From: Patescibacteria group bacterium | GTDB taxonomy: Bacteria; Patescibacteriota; Microgenomatia; UBA12405 | DNA length: 64,000 nucleotides | Assembly (NCBI GenBank): GCA_013387215.1 | Contig: WARW01000001.1 | Location: 119,301-183,300, forward strand | Direction: 5' to 3' | Program-made: the position numbers and the translations under genes | Shown: piece by piece, positions 39,462 through 49,700 of the stretch | Position numbering within the stretch: the first letter of the stretch is position 1 | Layout of the letters: each line of letters opens with the position of its first letter | The notes under the pieces: generated by a model | What the model saw: only the letters and a program-made list of their open reading frames with translations | The model's database searches: none | What the model was told of the DNA's origin: nothing

Positions 39462-39650
39462 TTAGTTTAATAATGAGTCAAAATCATTTCTTTTAGTCTT
39501 ATAATTACTTTCATCAAAACTAAATTCTTTTAATATTTCACAGCCTTTGGTTTGGTAATATTTCTTTAGTCTCTCAACCTCAGCTGGGAATGATATTCCA
39601 GCCTCTTTTTGTTCGTCTGTACCAACCCGCGCAATTATTATTGATTTCAT
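39462..39650 (-). pseudogene. Truncated serine recombinase (remnant of integrase 3)
   Basis: IIARVGTDEQ...S...E...FDES...KR.DF N-terminal fragment; catalytic Ser position is Gly; joined directly to the GGGGAGC junction. Confidence 0.8.
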
Positions 39651-40865
39651 TTATTTCCCGGATTTAATGCGGTTGTCATCTTTACAAAGCATTTGACAGT
39701 TGGCATAATCTGTTTTACCGCCTAATCTCCAAGGTTTTATATGATCAGCTTCCATTTCACCATATTCAAAATGTGCATTACCACAAACAGCATTTTTAGC
39801 GACACAAATACCTTTTTGTTCATTGTATTTTTTAATCTTAGTTTTCTCGTCAAATGTACGTAAACTCAAAGTTCGTTCATCACCCGTTAAGACATACTCA
39901 TAGATGCCTCTTTTATTCTCTACTTCATCATCGTCAATCAATTCTATAATCCTCTTTTCCAAAGTTTCAGAATTTAAACTCTCATCTTTATGTTGGTTAT
40001 AAAACCTTCCCCATTCCAAACCTTTCATTAACTGTACGCGAACACTCGTTTGGTTAGGGAAAACTTTATTCGCCCAATCAACTACATTGCGATAGTAACC
40101 ACGAATCTCGTCAGCGTTCTCGGTGTTCTGGTGATCAGCCATATACTCCTCAATACCCTTATGACTATTGTCGTAATCATGACTAATCCAACGTAAGGCC
40201 GTTTCTAAAATTTTTTGCCTGTTTGCTTCGCCAGTAACAAGATTTTTACCAAGTTCAATTGCTGGCCCGCCGGTTTTACTAAAAAATCTTTTTGCATCCA
40301 TTAGCCATTTACCGGTATAGTTTGCATTGCGAATTTCTTGGGGTGTTTGTTCCAGACCAGCAATATTTATAACATTAAACCATGTTATTTTTTCATTTGG
40401 TGTGCCTTCACAAATATAAATTGACAATTCATAGTCTAAAAACTCATTTTGCTGATCGCGAGTTAAATTGCTAAACTTTTTAGGAGCACCTTCCCAGTTA
40501 ATTGAAAACTCACCGCTTAAATACTGACCTTGCTCACCAATTTCTGCCTTGGTAATATCGCCCACATACTGACAGATACTTATAGTGCGTTGTTGACCAT
40601 CTATTACTTCGTATTGATCATTGCCGATTTTTGCCCAGTACATCACATTGAGGGGAAAGCCATGTCGGACAGTTTCTATTACCAAATTTCGTTGTTTCTC
40701 ACCGTATACAAAGTTGCGCTGAAAAGCCGGACGAATGTTTAACTTACCACCGTAACCAACAACTGGTCCTTCTTGCTCACTTTCGTCGCAGTAACCTGCA
40801 ACTAAATCACGAACAGTTATTTTTGGTGCTCCATCCTCACGACCGGAGAGTTTAATTTGCATCAT
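39651..40865 (-). CDS. DUF262 (ParB-like) + HNH endonuclease
   Basis: RPAFQRNFVY, IDGQQR, FNVIN; EADHIKPW..GG.T...NCQMLC..N. Confidence 0.9.
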   Translation of the reverse strand: MMQIKLSGREDGAPKITVRDLVAGYCDESEQEGPVVGYGGKLNIRPAFQRNFVYGEKQRNLVIETVRHGFPLNVMYWAKIGNDQYEVIDGQQRTISICQYVGDITKAEIGEQGQYLSGEFSINWEGAPKKFSNLTRDQQNEFLDYELSIYICEGTPNEKITWFNVINIAGLEQTPQEIRNANYTGKWLMDAKRFFSKTGGPAIELGKNLVTGEANRQKILETALRWISHDYDNSHKGIEEYMADHQNTENADEIRGYYRNVVDWANKVFPNQTSVRVQLMKGLEWGRFYNQHKDESLNSETLEKRIIELIDDDEVENKRGIYEYVLTGDERTLSLRTFDEKTKIKKYNEQKGICVAKNAVCGNAHFEYGEMEADHIKPWRLGGKTDYANCQMLCKDDNRIKSGK

Positions 40866-41923
40866 TATGTTATCTCCTTTCTTTTAATAAAAATACGTGC
40901 ATAAATAAGTTTATATTCATCGCCAACTTTTATAGAGCCGCGCCTGTTTAAGTCGCCATATTTAGGGCTATCGGCAGATGTGTAAACTCTTGTTTTCAAA
41001 CCTGAGTTATTATCTCTATCAGTTATCCCTAAAATCTCAAATTGATCAGGGTTGTACTTATCCAGAAAAGTTATTGGCACACCCATTGGCTCAAAATAAT
41101 CTTCGGGAATATCTTTAACCTTGTCAATTTCTATTGCGTCGTAGTTATCATATTTTGGATATTGTTCTGGTAAATAGCGTCTATATAAATCTAATGGTTC
41201 GTGGCGTTTACTGACATCTAAATTTGTATACCAACCTTTATTTCCAAATTTTTTCAGTGTTCCGTTTGGTTGCATAAACTCTTTTACTCTTTTATAACCG
41301 CGCCAAATTTTATTATTTTTGATCAACGGAAAAACTTCTTTTAAAGTAATCCAGTTATCATCCCCAATTATTAAAAATTCTTTTTTGTATTCAAATAATT
41401 GCGCAATGTATTCACGCGCCAAACTAAAAGGAGGATTAGTACACACAATGTCTGCTTCTTTTAATAATTCAACACACTCGGCGCTTCTAAAATCGCCATT
41501 ACCTTTGAGGGGTGTCGCAACATTTTTATTATTTTGCAACAGCCACTGTACATCGGAAATATCCACTGCACCATCATTATTGCTGTCGGGCACCTGATTT
41601 ATTTCTATTTTGAGTGGTGTTTTATTTTTTCTCGATGATACTATCTCACGCGCACCAGCAATGTCACCGATTGATAATTGCGTGAAAGCTATAGGTGATG
41701 GAATGTAACTCGTGGCAATCAGTTTCCTAAGTCCTAATGCATTAAAACTGCTAGCAAAATATTTAAAGAAATTGCTCTCAAACGGATCATCGCAATTCAG
41801 AAGAACTATTTTATTTCTAAACTGCATTGTATAGTATCTTAGCTCGTTTTCTATATCGGCAAGTTGAGTGTAGAACTCATCGTTTCTTACCTCTCTGGCC
41901 TTAATTAGATTTGTGTTAGTCAT
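40865..41923 (-). CDS. Adenine-specific DNA methyltransferase, EcoRI-like family
   Basis: NDEFYT, LNCDDP, GDFRS.EC, TNPPFS, MGVPITFLDKYNP. Confidence 0.9.
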   Translation of the reverse strand: MTNTNLIKAREVRNDEFYTQLADIENELRYYTMQFRNKIVLLNCDDPFESNFFKYFASSFNALGLRKLIATSYIPSPIAFTQLSIGDIAGAREIVSSRKNKTPLKIEINQVPDSNNDGAVDISDVQWLLQNNKNVATPLKGNGDFRSAECVELLKEADIVCTNPPFSLAREYIAQLFEYKKEFLIIGDDNWITLKEVFPLIKNNKIWRGYKRVKEFMQPNGTLKKFGNKGWYTNLDVSKRHEPLDLYRRYLPEQYPKYDNYDAIEIDKVKDIPEDYFEPMGVPITFLDKYNPDQFEILGITDRDNNSGLKTRVYTSADSPKYGDLNRRGSIKVGDEYKLIYARIFIKRKEIT

Positions 41924-42235
41924 AAATATTTCAATTCATTAATATTTTGATCAAGGTCTTCATTTTTAACCCAACACTCTTGTAAATATAAAAATTTATC
42001 TTCTTATAAATGTAATATATATCACAATAAATAACATATCAACAACCAATACTTCTCGTCATAACTATTAATTTGTGATTTACCAGCCAAACAATTTTCT
42101 CTAGGCGATTAAGTTACAAAAAAAGATTTTAAAGGGGACATCGTTAATTAAACGATAAAGTACTAGATCGAAATTACTCCGCTAAGATAGCTAGTAAAAA
42201 TTAATCAAAATATTAAAAATGTTACACTTAAATCA

Positions 42236-42823
42236 ATGAACCAAGTAGCAAATGAAATCGCATTAGGAATTTTAAAAGCTATTCCTTGGTGGCTTTGGGT
42301 TATTATCATAATTTTTGCCATTCTTGGACCAGAAGAGAATATCCGTCGCCGTCGTCATTCATATAAAACAAAAGGTATTTTAGAAATCTTTGTTGATTGG
42401 ATTTGGTATCAATTAGCTGAAAAGAAAAAAATTGAGAAATCAGGTATTAATAATATTGACCGTATGAGCGGTTATCAATTTGAAAAATATTTAATCAATC
42501 TTTTTATTCGTCTTGGCTACAAAGTTCGTCATGTTGGAAGTAATTACTATCAGCATCATGGTGATTTTGGGGCCGACTTAATTGTTGAAAAAGATGGTGT
42601 TAAAACCGCCGTTCGAGCCAAAAACTATAATAATCTAGTGGGTATTGAAGCTGTTCGTCGAGTTCTTGGTGCTATTAACTATTATCAATGCCAAAGGGGA
42701 ATTGTTGTTACTAATAATTTCTTTTCTTTCGACGCTAGAACTCAAGCTAGTGTGAGTAATGTTGAATTGTGGGATCGAAATAATCTTATTGATGTTATTT
42801 CTAAATTAAACACCAATAAATAA
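42236..42823 (+). CDS. Membrane-anchored Mrr-family endonuclease (QxK motif reads RxK)
   Basis: MSGYQFE, GDFGADL, AVRAKNY, VTNN.F; N-terminal TM. Confidence 0.85.
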   Translation: MNQVANEIALGILKAIPWWLWVIIIIFAILGPEENIRRRRHSYKTKGILEIFVDWIWYQLAEKKKIEKSGINNIDRMSGYQFEKYLINLFIRLGYKVRHVGSNYYQHHGDFGADLIVEKDGVKTAVRAKNYNNLVGIEAVRRVLGAINYYQCQRGIVVTNNFFSFDARTQASVSNVELWDRNNLIDVISKLNTNK

Positions 42824-42852
42824 GTGGGGATATTTATTCTATCGAGTAGAAA

Positions 42853-44496
42853 TCAATAACTACTTTTTATATAGTAGTAACCAATCAATCCTATGATAAT
42901 TATCCAAAACAAATAAATACTTATAGCTCCCGCAATAATTAAAACAATACCAATCAAAACTATATTCCAATATTTTTTTTGATTTGTTTCATATTTTTGC
43001 CTTGTTTCTCCAAAATAATCCAAAATATATTGCCACCTATCCGTTGCTTTTATATATCCAAGCATCTTTTGTAACTCTGACTCTTCAATCTGTTTGATTT
43101 GTATTTTTTCTTCGTTGGTTAGTTTCTTCTTACTGCTTTGTAAAGATTTTTCATTAATATACCTCACTAAACCAGCATCACCTTCTCCAAAAAATAAGAC
43201 TGCTTTTGATTTTTTACCGTCTCTTCCAATTCTTCCCATTTGCTGGTAATAATCTTCAATGTTTTGAGGAATACACCAATGTATAGCAATTCTAATATCA
43301 GGAATATTTACACCCATTCCAAAAGCCGAGGTACAAATTAATACTTTCCATTTTGATGGAACAGTTCCTTTGTATTCATCTTGAATTCTTATTTTGTCTT
43401 CTCTGTTTTGTTTGCCATAAAAGAATTCGCAGTTAACATCTTTTCTTACGAGTTCCCTCCAAACCAAACTTCCTATTTTGATTGTTGGCACAAATATAAT
43501 GATTCTTTCATCGTTGTATTCACTAATTATATTAATAATTAAATTTATTTTTTCTTCATCAACTTGTTCCTTTTGACCGTCAAATATTTTTACATATAAA
43601 TCAATTTCTGGTCTGTAAAATCCGGTCACAAAAACAGCAGGATGAACCAGTCCTAATGAAGTAATAATATTTTGTTGTACACGTTTTGAAGCTGAAGCAG
43701 TTAAAGCTATGGTTTTGGGATACCCCAACACCTTTCTTAACTCTTTAAGTTGTGCATAAGAAGGTCTAAAACTTCGGCCCCATTTATCAATACAATGTGC
43801 TTCATCAATAGCTAATAAATCAAATTCATTTTGTAGAAGGGGATGATTAAGTTTAATTTTATTGTCCTGGTATTTATCAAAAAATTGTTCTGGTGCCACA
43901 TAAATAAAACGAAACAATTTTTGAGCAAACATACTTAATCTATTTTCTTTTTCTTCTTGTTCCAAGTCACTATTAATAAATGTTGCAGGAATTCTTTTTT
44001 CCCATAAATTTTCCACCTGATCTTTCATTAATGCTTTCAGCGGTGTAATTACCATTGTTTGATTTTCCAAAGCGATGCCTGGTAATTGAAAGCAAACTGA
44101 TTTTCCTGAACCTGTTGGCATAACAACTAAAACATCTCTACCATTAAGCACAGCTTTAATAATTTCTTGTTGATGTAATCTAAATGTTGTTTTGTGGGTA
44201 AGAAGATAAAGTAATTTTTTTAAATCTTTCTGTTCGGGAAGTTGTAATACATTTCTAAAAAGATTGTTTAATCTAAAAACGATATCTGAAAAATATTTTG
44301 TTTGATATTCGATGTGTTTGCTTGAGTGGCATGTTCGACACAATGTTACAAGATTTGACGGATTATTTTCACCACCCCATTTTTCTGGGATTACATGATG
44401 AATATTTAAATTCTCTTTACTGCCACATTCGATGCACTGATGATGGTCTCTATTTAAAACTAAATTTCTTATTTCGTCCGATAAATATATTTTCAT
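42853..44496 (-). CDS. HNH - RecQ helicase fusion with C-terminal TM anchor
   Basis: RD..QC.ECG..HH..GG.N..NL..LC..CH; PTGSGKS, DEAHC..WG.SFRP, TSAFGMG, QQMGRIGRDG; hydrophobic C-terminus. Confidence 0.92.
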   Translation of the reverse strand: MKIYLSDEIRNLVLNRDHHQCIECGSKENLNIHHVIPEKWGGENNPSNLVTLCRTCHSSKHIEYQTKYFSDIVFRLNNLFRNVLQLPEQKDLKKLLYLLTHKTTFRLHQQEIIKAVLNGRDVLVVMPTGSGKSVCFQLPGIALENQTMVITPLKALMKDQVENLWEKRIPATFINSDLEQEEKENRLSMFAQKLFRFIYVAPEQFFDKYQDNKIKLNHPLLQNEFDLLAIDEAHCIDKWGRSFRPSYAQLKELRKVLGYPKTIALTASASKRVQQNIITSLGLVHPAVFVTGFYRPEIDLYVKIFDGQKEQVDEEKINLIINIISEYNDERIIIFVPTIKIGSLVWRELVRKDVNCEFFYGKQNREDKIRIQDEYKGTVPSKWKVLICTSAFGMGVNIPDIRIAIHWCIPQNIEDYYQQMGRIGRDGKKSKAVLFFGEGDAGLVRYINEKSLQSSKKKLTNEEKIQIKQIEESELQKMLGYIKATDRWQYILDYFGETRQKYETNQKKYWNIVLIGIVLIIAGAISIYLFWIIIIGLIGYYYIKSSY

Positions 44497-44628
44497 CTAT
44501 AGATTATTTTTACACTTGTTTATAAAAGTAATAAAGTAAACAATCGTAAATGAAAAACAAAACCACTTTGACAATTGATTAAACTTTGTGTTCATTTTTC
44601 ATTCATTTTCTCATTATATAATTTCGTC

Positions 44629-45042
44629 ATGAAAAACATTGTAAAAATCGGCTACATTTTATTTTTGTTTTTAGTTCTGCCAATTTTATTTATAAAACCT
44701 ATACAAGCTAAAAGTGGATGTTGCTCACATCACGGAGGAGTTTGTGGTTGCGACACAAATATTGGTAGCCAGGTTTGTTGCGATGGCTCTTATAGTCCAA
44801 CTTGTGGCTGTACAATCGTTAAAAAACCAACACCTACACCTATTAAAGTTGTTAAAACCAATCCTCTTGTTCAAAACAAAACAATTAAAACTATGAAAAT
44901 TACCATACCTCAAGTAAAGAAAAGCGGTACAGGTATTTGTCATCAAAAAGGAAGTACTTATTATAACCAAACTCTTAAATTCACTTCTTATAATTCTCTT
45001 CAAGAATGTTTAAAATCTGGTGGGAGATTACCAAAAAGATAA
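44629..45042 (+). CDS. Secreted Cys-rich small protein
   Basis: Signal peptide, GCCSHHGGVCGC...CCDG..SPTC, C-terminal VKKS..GICH...CL.SGGR. Confidence 0.75.
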   Translation: MKNIVKIGYILFLFLVLPILFIKPIQAKSGCCSHHGGVCGCDTNIGSQVCCDGSYSPTCGCTIVKKPTPTPIKVVKTNPLVQNKTIKTMKITIPQVKKSGTGICHQKGSTYYNQTLKFTSYNSLQECLKSGGRLPKR

Positions 45043-45062
45043 TTTGTAATATACTTAATTAA

Positions 45063-45740
45063 ATGACACAAACAGTTGGTATGGGTGACATAATTTGGCA
45101 AATAGTTAAAGGAATTCCTTGGTGGTGTTGGATAATTATACTAATAAGTGCTGTTGCAAGCCCGACTACTAGAAGAAGATATAAAAGACGTAGGTATTAT
45201 AGTAATTACAATAAATCTCTATTCGATGAAATAACTGATTCTATGGTTAATTTTATATTGAACTGTTTCAAAAGAAATTTTTCAGTAAAAAGACAAACTT
45301 TTTCGCAAACATACGCAACTAATTCCACTCAACAATCTACTATGAACCAAGAATCAAGTATCTGGGAAATTGATCAAATGACTGGTAGAGAATTTGAAAA
45401 ATATTTAGAAAAATTATTTATTAAACTAGGTTACAAAGTAAATAGGGTTGGAACGTGTTGGTATGACCATAGAGGGGATTTTGGTGCCGATTTGATTGTT
45501 GAAAAAGATGAAATTAAAACTGCAATTCAGGCTAAAAATTATAAAAATAATAATTTAGTAGGAATTAATTCTGTAAGAGAAGTTATCGGTGGTCTTAGTC
45601 ATTATAATTGTCAAAAAGCTGCTGTTATAACAAACAGTTATTTTACTAATGATGCTAAAGTTCAAGCAGGGGACAGTAATGTGAAATTACTTAATAGAGA
45701 TGATTTAATTAAACTCATTTCACGAACTGAAATAAAATAA
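45063..45740 (+). CDS. Membrane-anchored Mrr-family endonuclease, paralogue of 42236..42823
   Basis: MTGREFE, GDFGADL, AIQAKNY, ITNSYF; N-terminal 'IPWW.W' TM. Confidence 0.87.
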   Translation: MTQTVGMGDIIWQIVKGIPWWCWIIILISAVASPTTRRRYKRRRYYSNYNKSLFDEITDSMVNFILNCFKRNFSVKRQTFSQTYATNSTQQSTMNQESSIWEIDQMTGREFEKYLEKLFIKLGYKVNRVGTCWYDHRGDFGADLIVEKDEIKTAIQAKNYKNNNLVGINSVREVIGGLSHYNCQKAAVITNSYFTNDAKVQAGDSNVKLLNRDDLIKLISRTEIK

Positions 45741-45756
45741 ATTGAGCTTAGACAAT

Positions 45757-46173
45757 ATGTCCCGCATTTACTCAAACAACGATCCAATTGAAATTCCTTT
45801 TCCTACCGATAAATTCCAAAAATATTTATCTCTTCTTAAAATAAACGAAAAAGATTTAAATTTAATTAATATTGAATTAATTTTTGCCTTAAGTTTCCTT
45901 GATTTTAAAACTGGTAAAAATTCTTTAGATGAATTTTCCGAAATTTCTAATCATCTTTTAAGCCTCTTAGATATCGTAACCAAAACAACTAATGATTTTG
46001 GAAAGGCTCTTGAATCAGCTGCAGAACTAAATTTTTATATCCGCAATATTGAAGATTCTAATGATAATTCAGTTGCAAATTTTATGACCACAATTGAAAA
46101 TTATTTTCAAAAACTTAGACCCGGATTATTAGACCAAGCCAAAAAAAATAAAGTTCTAAAACAGTCCACTTAG
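45757..46173 (+). CDS. Hypothetical protein
   Basis: ORF only. Confidence 0.55.
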   Translation: MSRIYSNNDPIEIPFPTDKFQKYLSLLKINEKDLNLINIELIFALSFLDFKTGKNSLDEFSEISNHLLSLLDIVTKTTNDFGKALESAAELNFYIRNIEDSNDNSVANFMTTIENYFQKLRPGLLDQAKKNKVLKQST

Positions 46174-46186
46174 CCAGCACTCTCAT

Positions 46187-46795
46187 TTATCTCTCTTCTG
46201 AATCCACCACCTCTCCTGTTTTCACTTCTCCCTCCCTTCTATACGTTGCAAATATCACCCCGCTAGGTGTTGTTTTAGATTCAACAAGTCTAAATGCAGC
46301 CGGTTTTGTTCCTTTGTCAAACAACCGTTTTCCCGTACCCAATATAATTGGAAATATTTTTAGCCAAAATTCATCCACCAAATCATTTTCCATTAATGTC
46401 TGAACAAGATTGCCGCTTCCGTATACTTGCAAATCTGGACCGTTTGAATTCCTTATTTTTTTCAATTCATCAATATCTTTGACTACTACTGTATTTTCCC
46501 ATGATGGTTCTGTTAAAGTTTTCGAGACAACATATTTTGTTATTTTATTTACCTGTGGCCACGTTTCTGAGTGTTGAGGCCAATATCCCGCAAAAATGTC
46601 ATATGTTTTACGTCCTAGCAAGAGATCATATTCTCCTTTTATCTGTTTATCCATTTCTTTTCCCGACAATTCATCAAAGTAGGGACTTGTCCATCCCCCG
46701 TACTCAAAACCCTCGGCAGTATCTTCTTTGGATCCGCCCGGTGCCTGCATAACGCCATCAAGAGTCATAAATTCCAGAACTATTATCTTTCTCAT
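46187..46795 (-). CDS. Dihydrofolate reductase-like (RibD_C) protein
   Basis: MTLDGV, LLGRKTY, GSGNL, PIILGTGKRLF. Confidence 0.9.
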   Translation of the reverse strand: MRKIIVLEFMTLDGVMQAPGGSKEDTAEGFEYGGWTSPYFDELSGKEMDKQIKGEYDLLLGRKTYDIFAGYWPQHSETWPQVNKITKYVVSKTLTEPSWENTVVVKDIDELKKIRNSNGPDLQVYGSGNLVQTLMENDLVDEFWLKIFPIILGTGKRLFDKGTKPAAFRLVESKTTPSGVIFATYRREGEVKTGEVVDSEER

Positions 46796-47009
46796 ATTGC
46801 AGTTAAAGCTCGATAATTATTAATACTGTATTATTAATGCAGATAAAAAGAAGCAGGTTAATGAAACAATAGAAACAGGTAAGTATCACGAAAATCCAGA
46901 ATCTTTACAAAAAGCCGCGGCTCTTCTTGGATTGATTTAAGTCTGATCCAAAATCTTTTCCTTCTCGAAATCAAGCTAGGTTTGAATTATACTCTTCAAT
47001 TATTAGGGT

Positions 47010-48410
47010 ATGAATACCGGTAAAATAAATCCCAAATTATTGATATTTCTGATAGCTATTTTTATCATCGGATTTTTGTTGAGATTAAATCAATCTTTAA
47101 ATTTCCACGTTGCCTTTGCGGGGGACGCTTGCCGTGATTTTTATATGGCCAAAGAAATTGCCATTAAAGGTACTAAAAATATTCCCATTCCTGAGTGTGG
47201 CGGATGTTATTTTGCTGCAGGTAATTTACTGAAAAACTCAAATTTTTATTTTTATTTTTTATCCGTTCCATATTTTTTATTTAAATCACCAATAGGAATT
47301 CCCATTTTTAATTTAATAAATGGCTTAGTCTTTTGCTTTTTTTCGTTTCTGGTTATCCGCAAAGTTTCTAATGAAAGAATCGCCTGTTTTTCCTTAATAA
47401 TTGCTATTTTTAGTAAGTTTTTTATTGTTTATAACACCGTAACTTTTCAGTCTTATTACATTGCCACATTCGCTGCCATCATTATTTGGCTTTCATTAAA
47501 AAATAAATTTTGGAGTTATGTTTTAGCCTTAATTTTGGGTTTTATTTCTACTGAAATACATCTGGCCACACTTCCGCTTTTATTTTTTATATTTTATAGA
47601 ATAATTAGAAATTTCCCGAAATATAAAATAATTCAAAAATTATTTTTTCTATTATTAAGCATTTCATTTTTATCAATTTTCCTAAAAATTAATGTTGACT
47701 TTAGTCGTTTTGGATATATTTACAACTCTTCCATAAAACATTTTTCTTTATTAAATATTTACAATAATATTTCCAATATTTTCACCCGGGCTCTATATTT
47801 TAGAGGTACGTTTTTAATAGTTTTAATTACTGTAATTTTAAATATAAAGAAATTTAAAGTATTTTATCCGCTAATCTTCACACTTTTGTTTACTGGATTC
47901 ATGGACACTGTTGAATATAGTGGCTACTATTCGGTTTATTATTTATTATTCTTATTTACGATCGGATTTTGCATCGACTACATTTATTTAAATAATAAAT
48001 ACATTGTCATTGGAATATTTGCTGTTTTTTTATTAAAAAGCAATCCTTGTACCTTTTTTGACCAAATTAATTTCTATACTCTTAAAAACTATAAAAATGA
48101 TTGGTATCAACAATCAGTTATCTATGAAATAAACAAAATCAATCCTCTCCATCTTCCAATATCTGCTGGTTATCATGATAATCTAGAGCCTATTTACAAC
48201 TATTACTATTATGCCAACGACTACGATTTGGAAAGTTTTTTAAAAATTAAAAACGATCTTTCTCAACAAAAGTACAAAGAGGGAATTTTAATGTGTTACG
48301 ACGCTAAAGATGGTTTATGTCCCTTTGTTGAAAATAATAAAAACGAAAAAGACTTTACTTTAATCCGCACTATTGAAGGCTATCCCTTCTATTATTGGCA
48401 AAGAAAATAA
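47010..48410 (+). CDS. GT-C (ArnT/PMT-like) membrane glycosyltransferase
   Basis: 'LLR..F.GD..RD' after TM1, many TM segments. Confidence 0.7.
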   Translation: MNTGKINPKLLIFLIAIFIIGFLLRLNQSLNFHVAFAGDACRDFYMAKEIAIKGTKNIPIPECGGCYFAAGNLLKNSNFYFYFLSVPYFLFKSPIGIPIFNLINGLVFCFFSFLVIRKVSNERIACFSLIIAIFSKFFIVYNTVTFQSYYIATFAAIIIWLSLKNKFWSYVLALILGFISTEIHLATLPLLFFIFYRIIRNFPKYKIIQKLFFLLLSISFLSIFLKINVDFSRFGYIYNSSIKHFSLLNIYNNISNIFTRALYFRGTFLIVLITVILNIKKFKVFYPLIFTLLFTGFMDTVEYSGYYSVYYLLFLFTIGFCIDYIYLNNKYIVIGIFAVFLLKSNPCTFFDQINFYTLKNYKNDWYQQSVIYEINKINPLHLPISAGYHDNLEPIYNYYYYANDYDLESFLKIKNDLSQQKYKEGILMCYDAKDGLCPFVENNKNEKDFTLIRTIEGYPFYYWQRK

Positions 48411-48473
48411 ACTTACTCAAAAAATAGTTTCCTCCACATTTGACAAATTCCACAATTTTGGGATGATTTATTT

Positions 48474-49103
48474 ATGAAGAAACAAAAAAAGTCATCAAAA
48501 AGAATACTGTTTGCTTGCGGAATTTTTGCCTCACTTGTTTATATTTTAATTGATATTTTTGCTGCTTTTCAAACCCCTGGCTATAACTATATCAATCAAA
48601 CAATCAGTGAATTGTCTGCTGTTGGAGCACCCGCCAGACCTATTTGGATTGCGATGAGTTTTATTTTTAATCCGCTTTTGATTGCTTTTGGCATCGGGAT
48701 TCTTCTGTCAGTCCGGAAAAAATCTCTTTTTACTACCGGTGTTCTTTTGGTTTTGTGGGGATTGCTTGGTTTTGTTTGGTTATTTTTTCCGATGCATCAA
48801 AGAGGTTCTATTGGTTCCACTACCGACACCATGCATCTAGTAATGGCAGCAATCACTGTGCCACTTATGATGCTATTTATTGGTTTTGGGTCAGTTTCTT
48901 TGGGAAAAAAATTCCGTCTTTATTCAATTTTAACGATTATTTTAATGTTAATTTTTGGCGCATTAACTGGTCAACAAGCTCCAAAAGTGGCTGCTCAACT
49001 GCCAACTCCGGGTTTAGGAATAATGGAAAGAATAAGTGTTTACTCTCCCATGATTTGGGTAATGGTGTTATCCGTAATACTTTTAAAAACCAAAAAAGAT
49101 TAG
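48474..49103 (+). CDS. DUF998 membrane protein
   Basis: PGYN...QTISELSAVGAP, MH, GIMERI. Confidence 0.88.
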   Translation: MKKQKKSSKRILFACGIFASLVYILIDIFAAFQTPGYNYINQTISELSAVGAPARPIWIAMSFIFNPLLIAFGIGILLSVRKKSLFTTGVLLVLWGLLGFVWLFFPMHQRGSIGSTTDTMHLVMAAITVPLMMLFIGFGSVSLGKKFRLYSILTIILMLIFGALTGQQAPKVAAQLPTPGLGIMERISVYSPMIWVMVLSVILLKTKKD

Positions 49104-49657
49104 AAACTGGTGCGGTAAAGTTTTTGAGTTTCTTGCCAGCGGTTTTGATCTAAAGATTCGTCTCTATTTAAAACTTCTTGTGTCACAAAATCATAAGAAA
49201 ACCAAATTCTTTTACCATCGCCATTTTTAGCGTCACGAATGCAAGTTAAACGAAGCATAGCCATTTCAGTTCTAGAAATCGGCTCACTTTCCGGTTCTAT
49301 GGTTAAATGCAAAATTTTTTCCTCATTCAATTTAGTGTCAAAGACGACCATTCCCTCTAAAAGTTTTTCTAAATCAGTGTCAAAATTTTGCAACTCATTG
49401 CTTTCTACTGGTATATAAGAAATATTTTCATCAAATTTTTTCTTTCCTTTCAAGACAAATGGTATAGGTTTTTTATCTTTACAATATTCGATTATTTTTT
49501 TCTTAACCTCTTCTGCATTATCCTTAATGCTAAATGGTCTAACAAAAGTCACATGTAAGTGTTTTTCGTTTTGTGGATTGTCAGAAATTGTTGTTCTTAA
49601 ACCAGGTAATTCGTTTCCATGAATATGTGTTTCCAAAAAATACCTTTCTTTCGACAT
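49100..49657 (-). CDS. 2H phosphoesterase (2'-5' RNA ligase-like)
   Basis: HVTF and HLTI motifs. Confidence 0.8.
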   Translation of the reverse strand: MSKERYFLETHIHGNELPGLRTTISDNPQNEKHLHVTFVRPFSIKDNAEEVKKKIIEYCKDKKPIPFVLKGKKKFDENISYIPVESNELQNFDTDLEKLLEGMVVFDTKLNEEKILHLTIEPESEPISRTEMAMLRLTCIRDAKNGDGKRIWFSYDFVTQEVLNRDESLDQNRWQETQKLYRTSF

Positions 49658-49700
49658 TTAGATGCATTTTAACATAGATAATCATAATTGATGATTAAAT

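Larger units (their letters stand above)
39461..45740. mobile_element. Degenerate island 3 (right end uncertain)
   Basis: Integrase remnant at the junction, followed by R-M and nuclease cargo; no right att site found. Confidence 0.45.

Noticed and set aside
21598-46173. Prophage or ICE
   Set aside because: No terminase, capsid, tail, relaxase or mating-pair genes; the VirB4-like ATPase lies outside the islands among core genes
46830-46940. Short reading frame ...GKYHENPESL...
   Set aside because: Too short, with no clear start; similarity to known families not supportable
41924-47000. Right att site of the island array
   Set aside because: No convincing further GGGGAGC or tRNA-end copy found by eye; boundary left open
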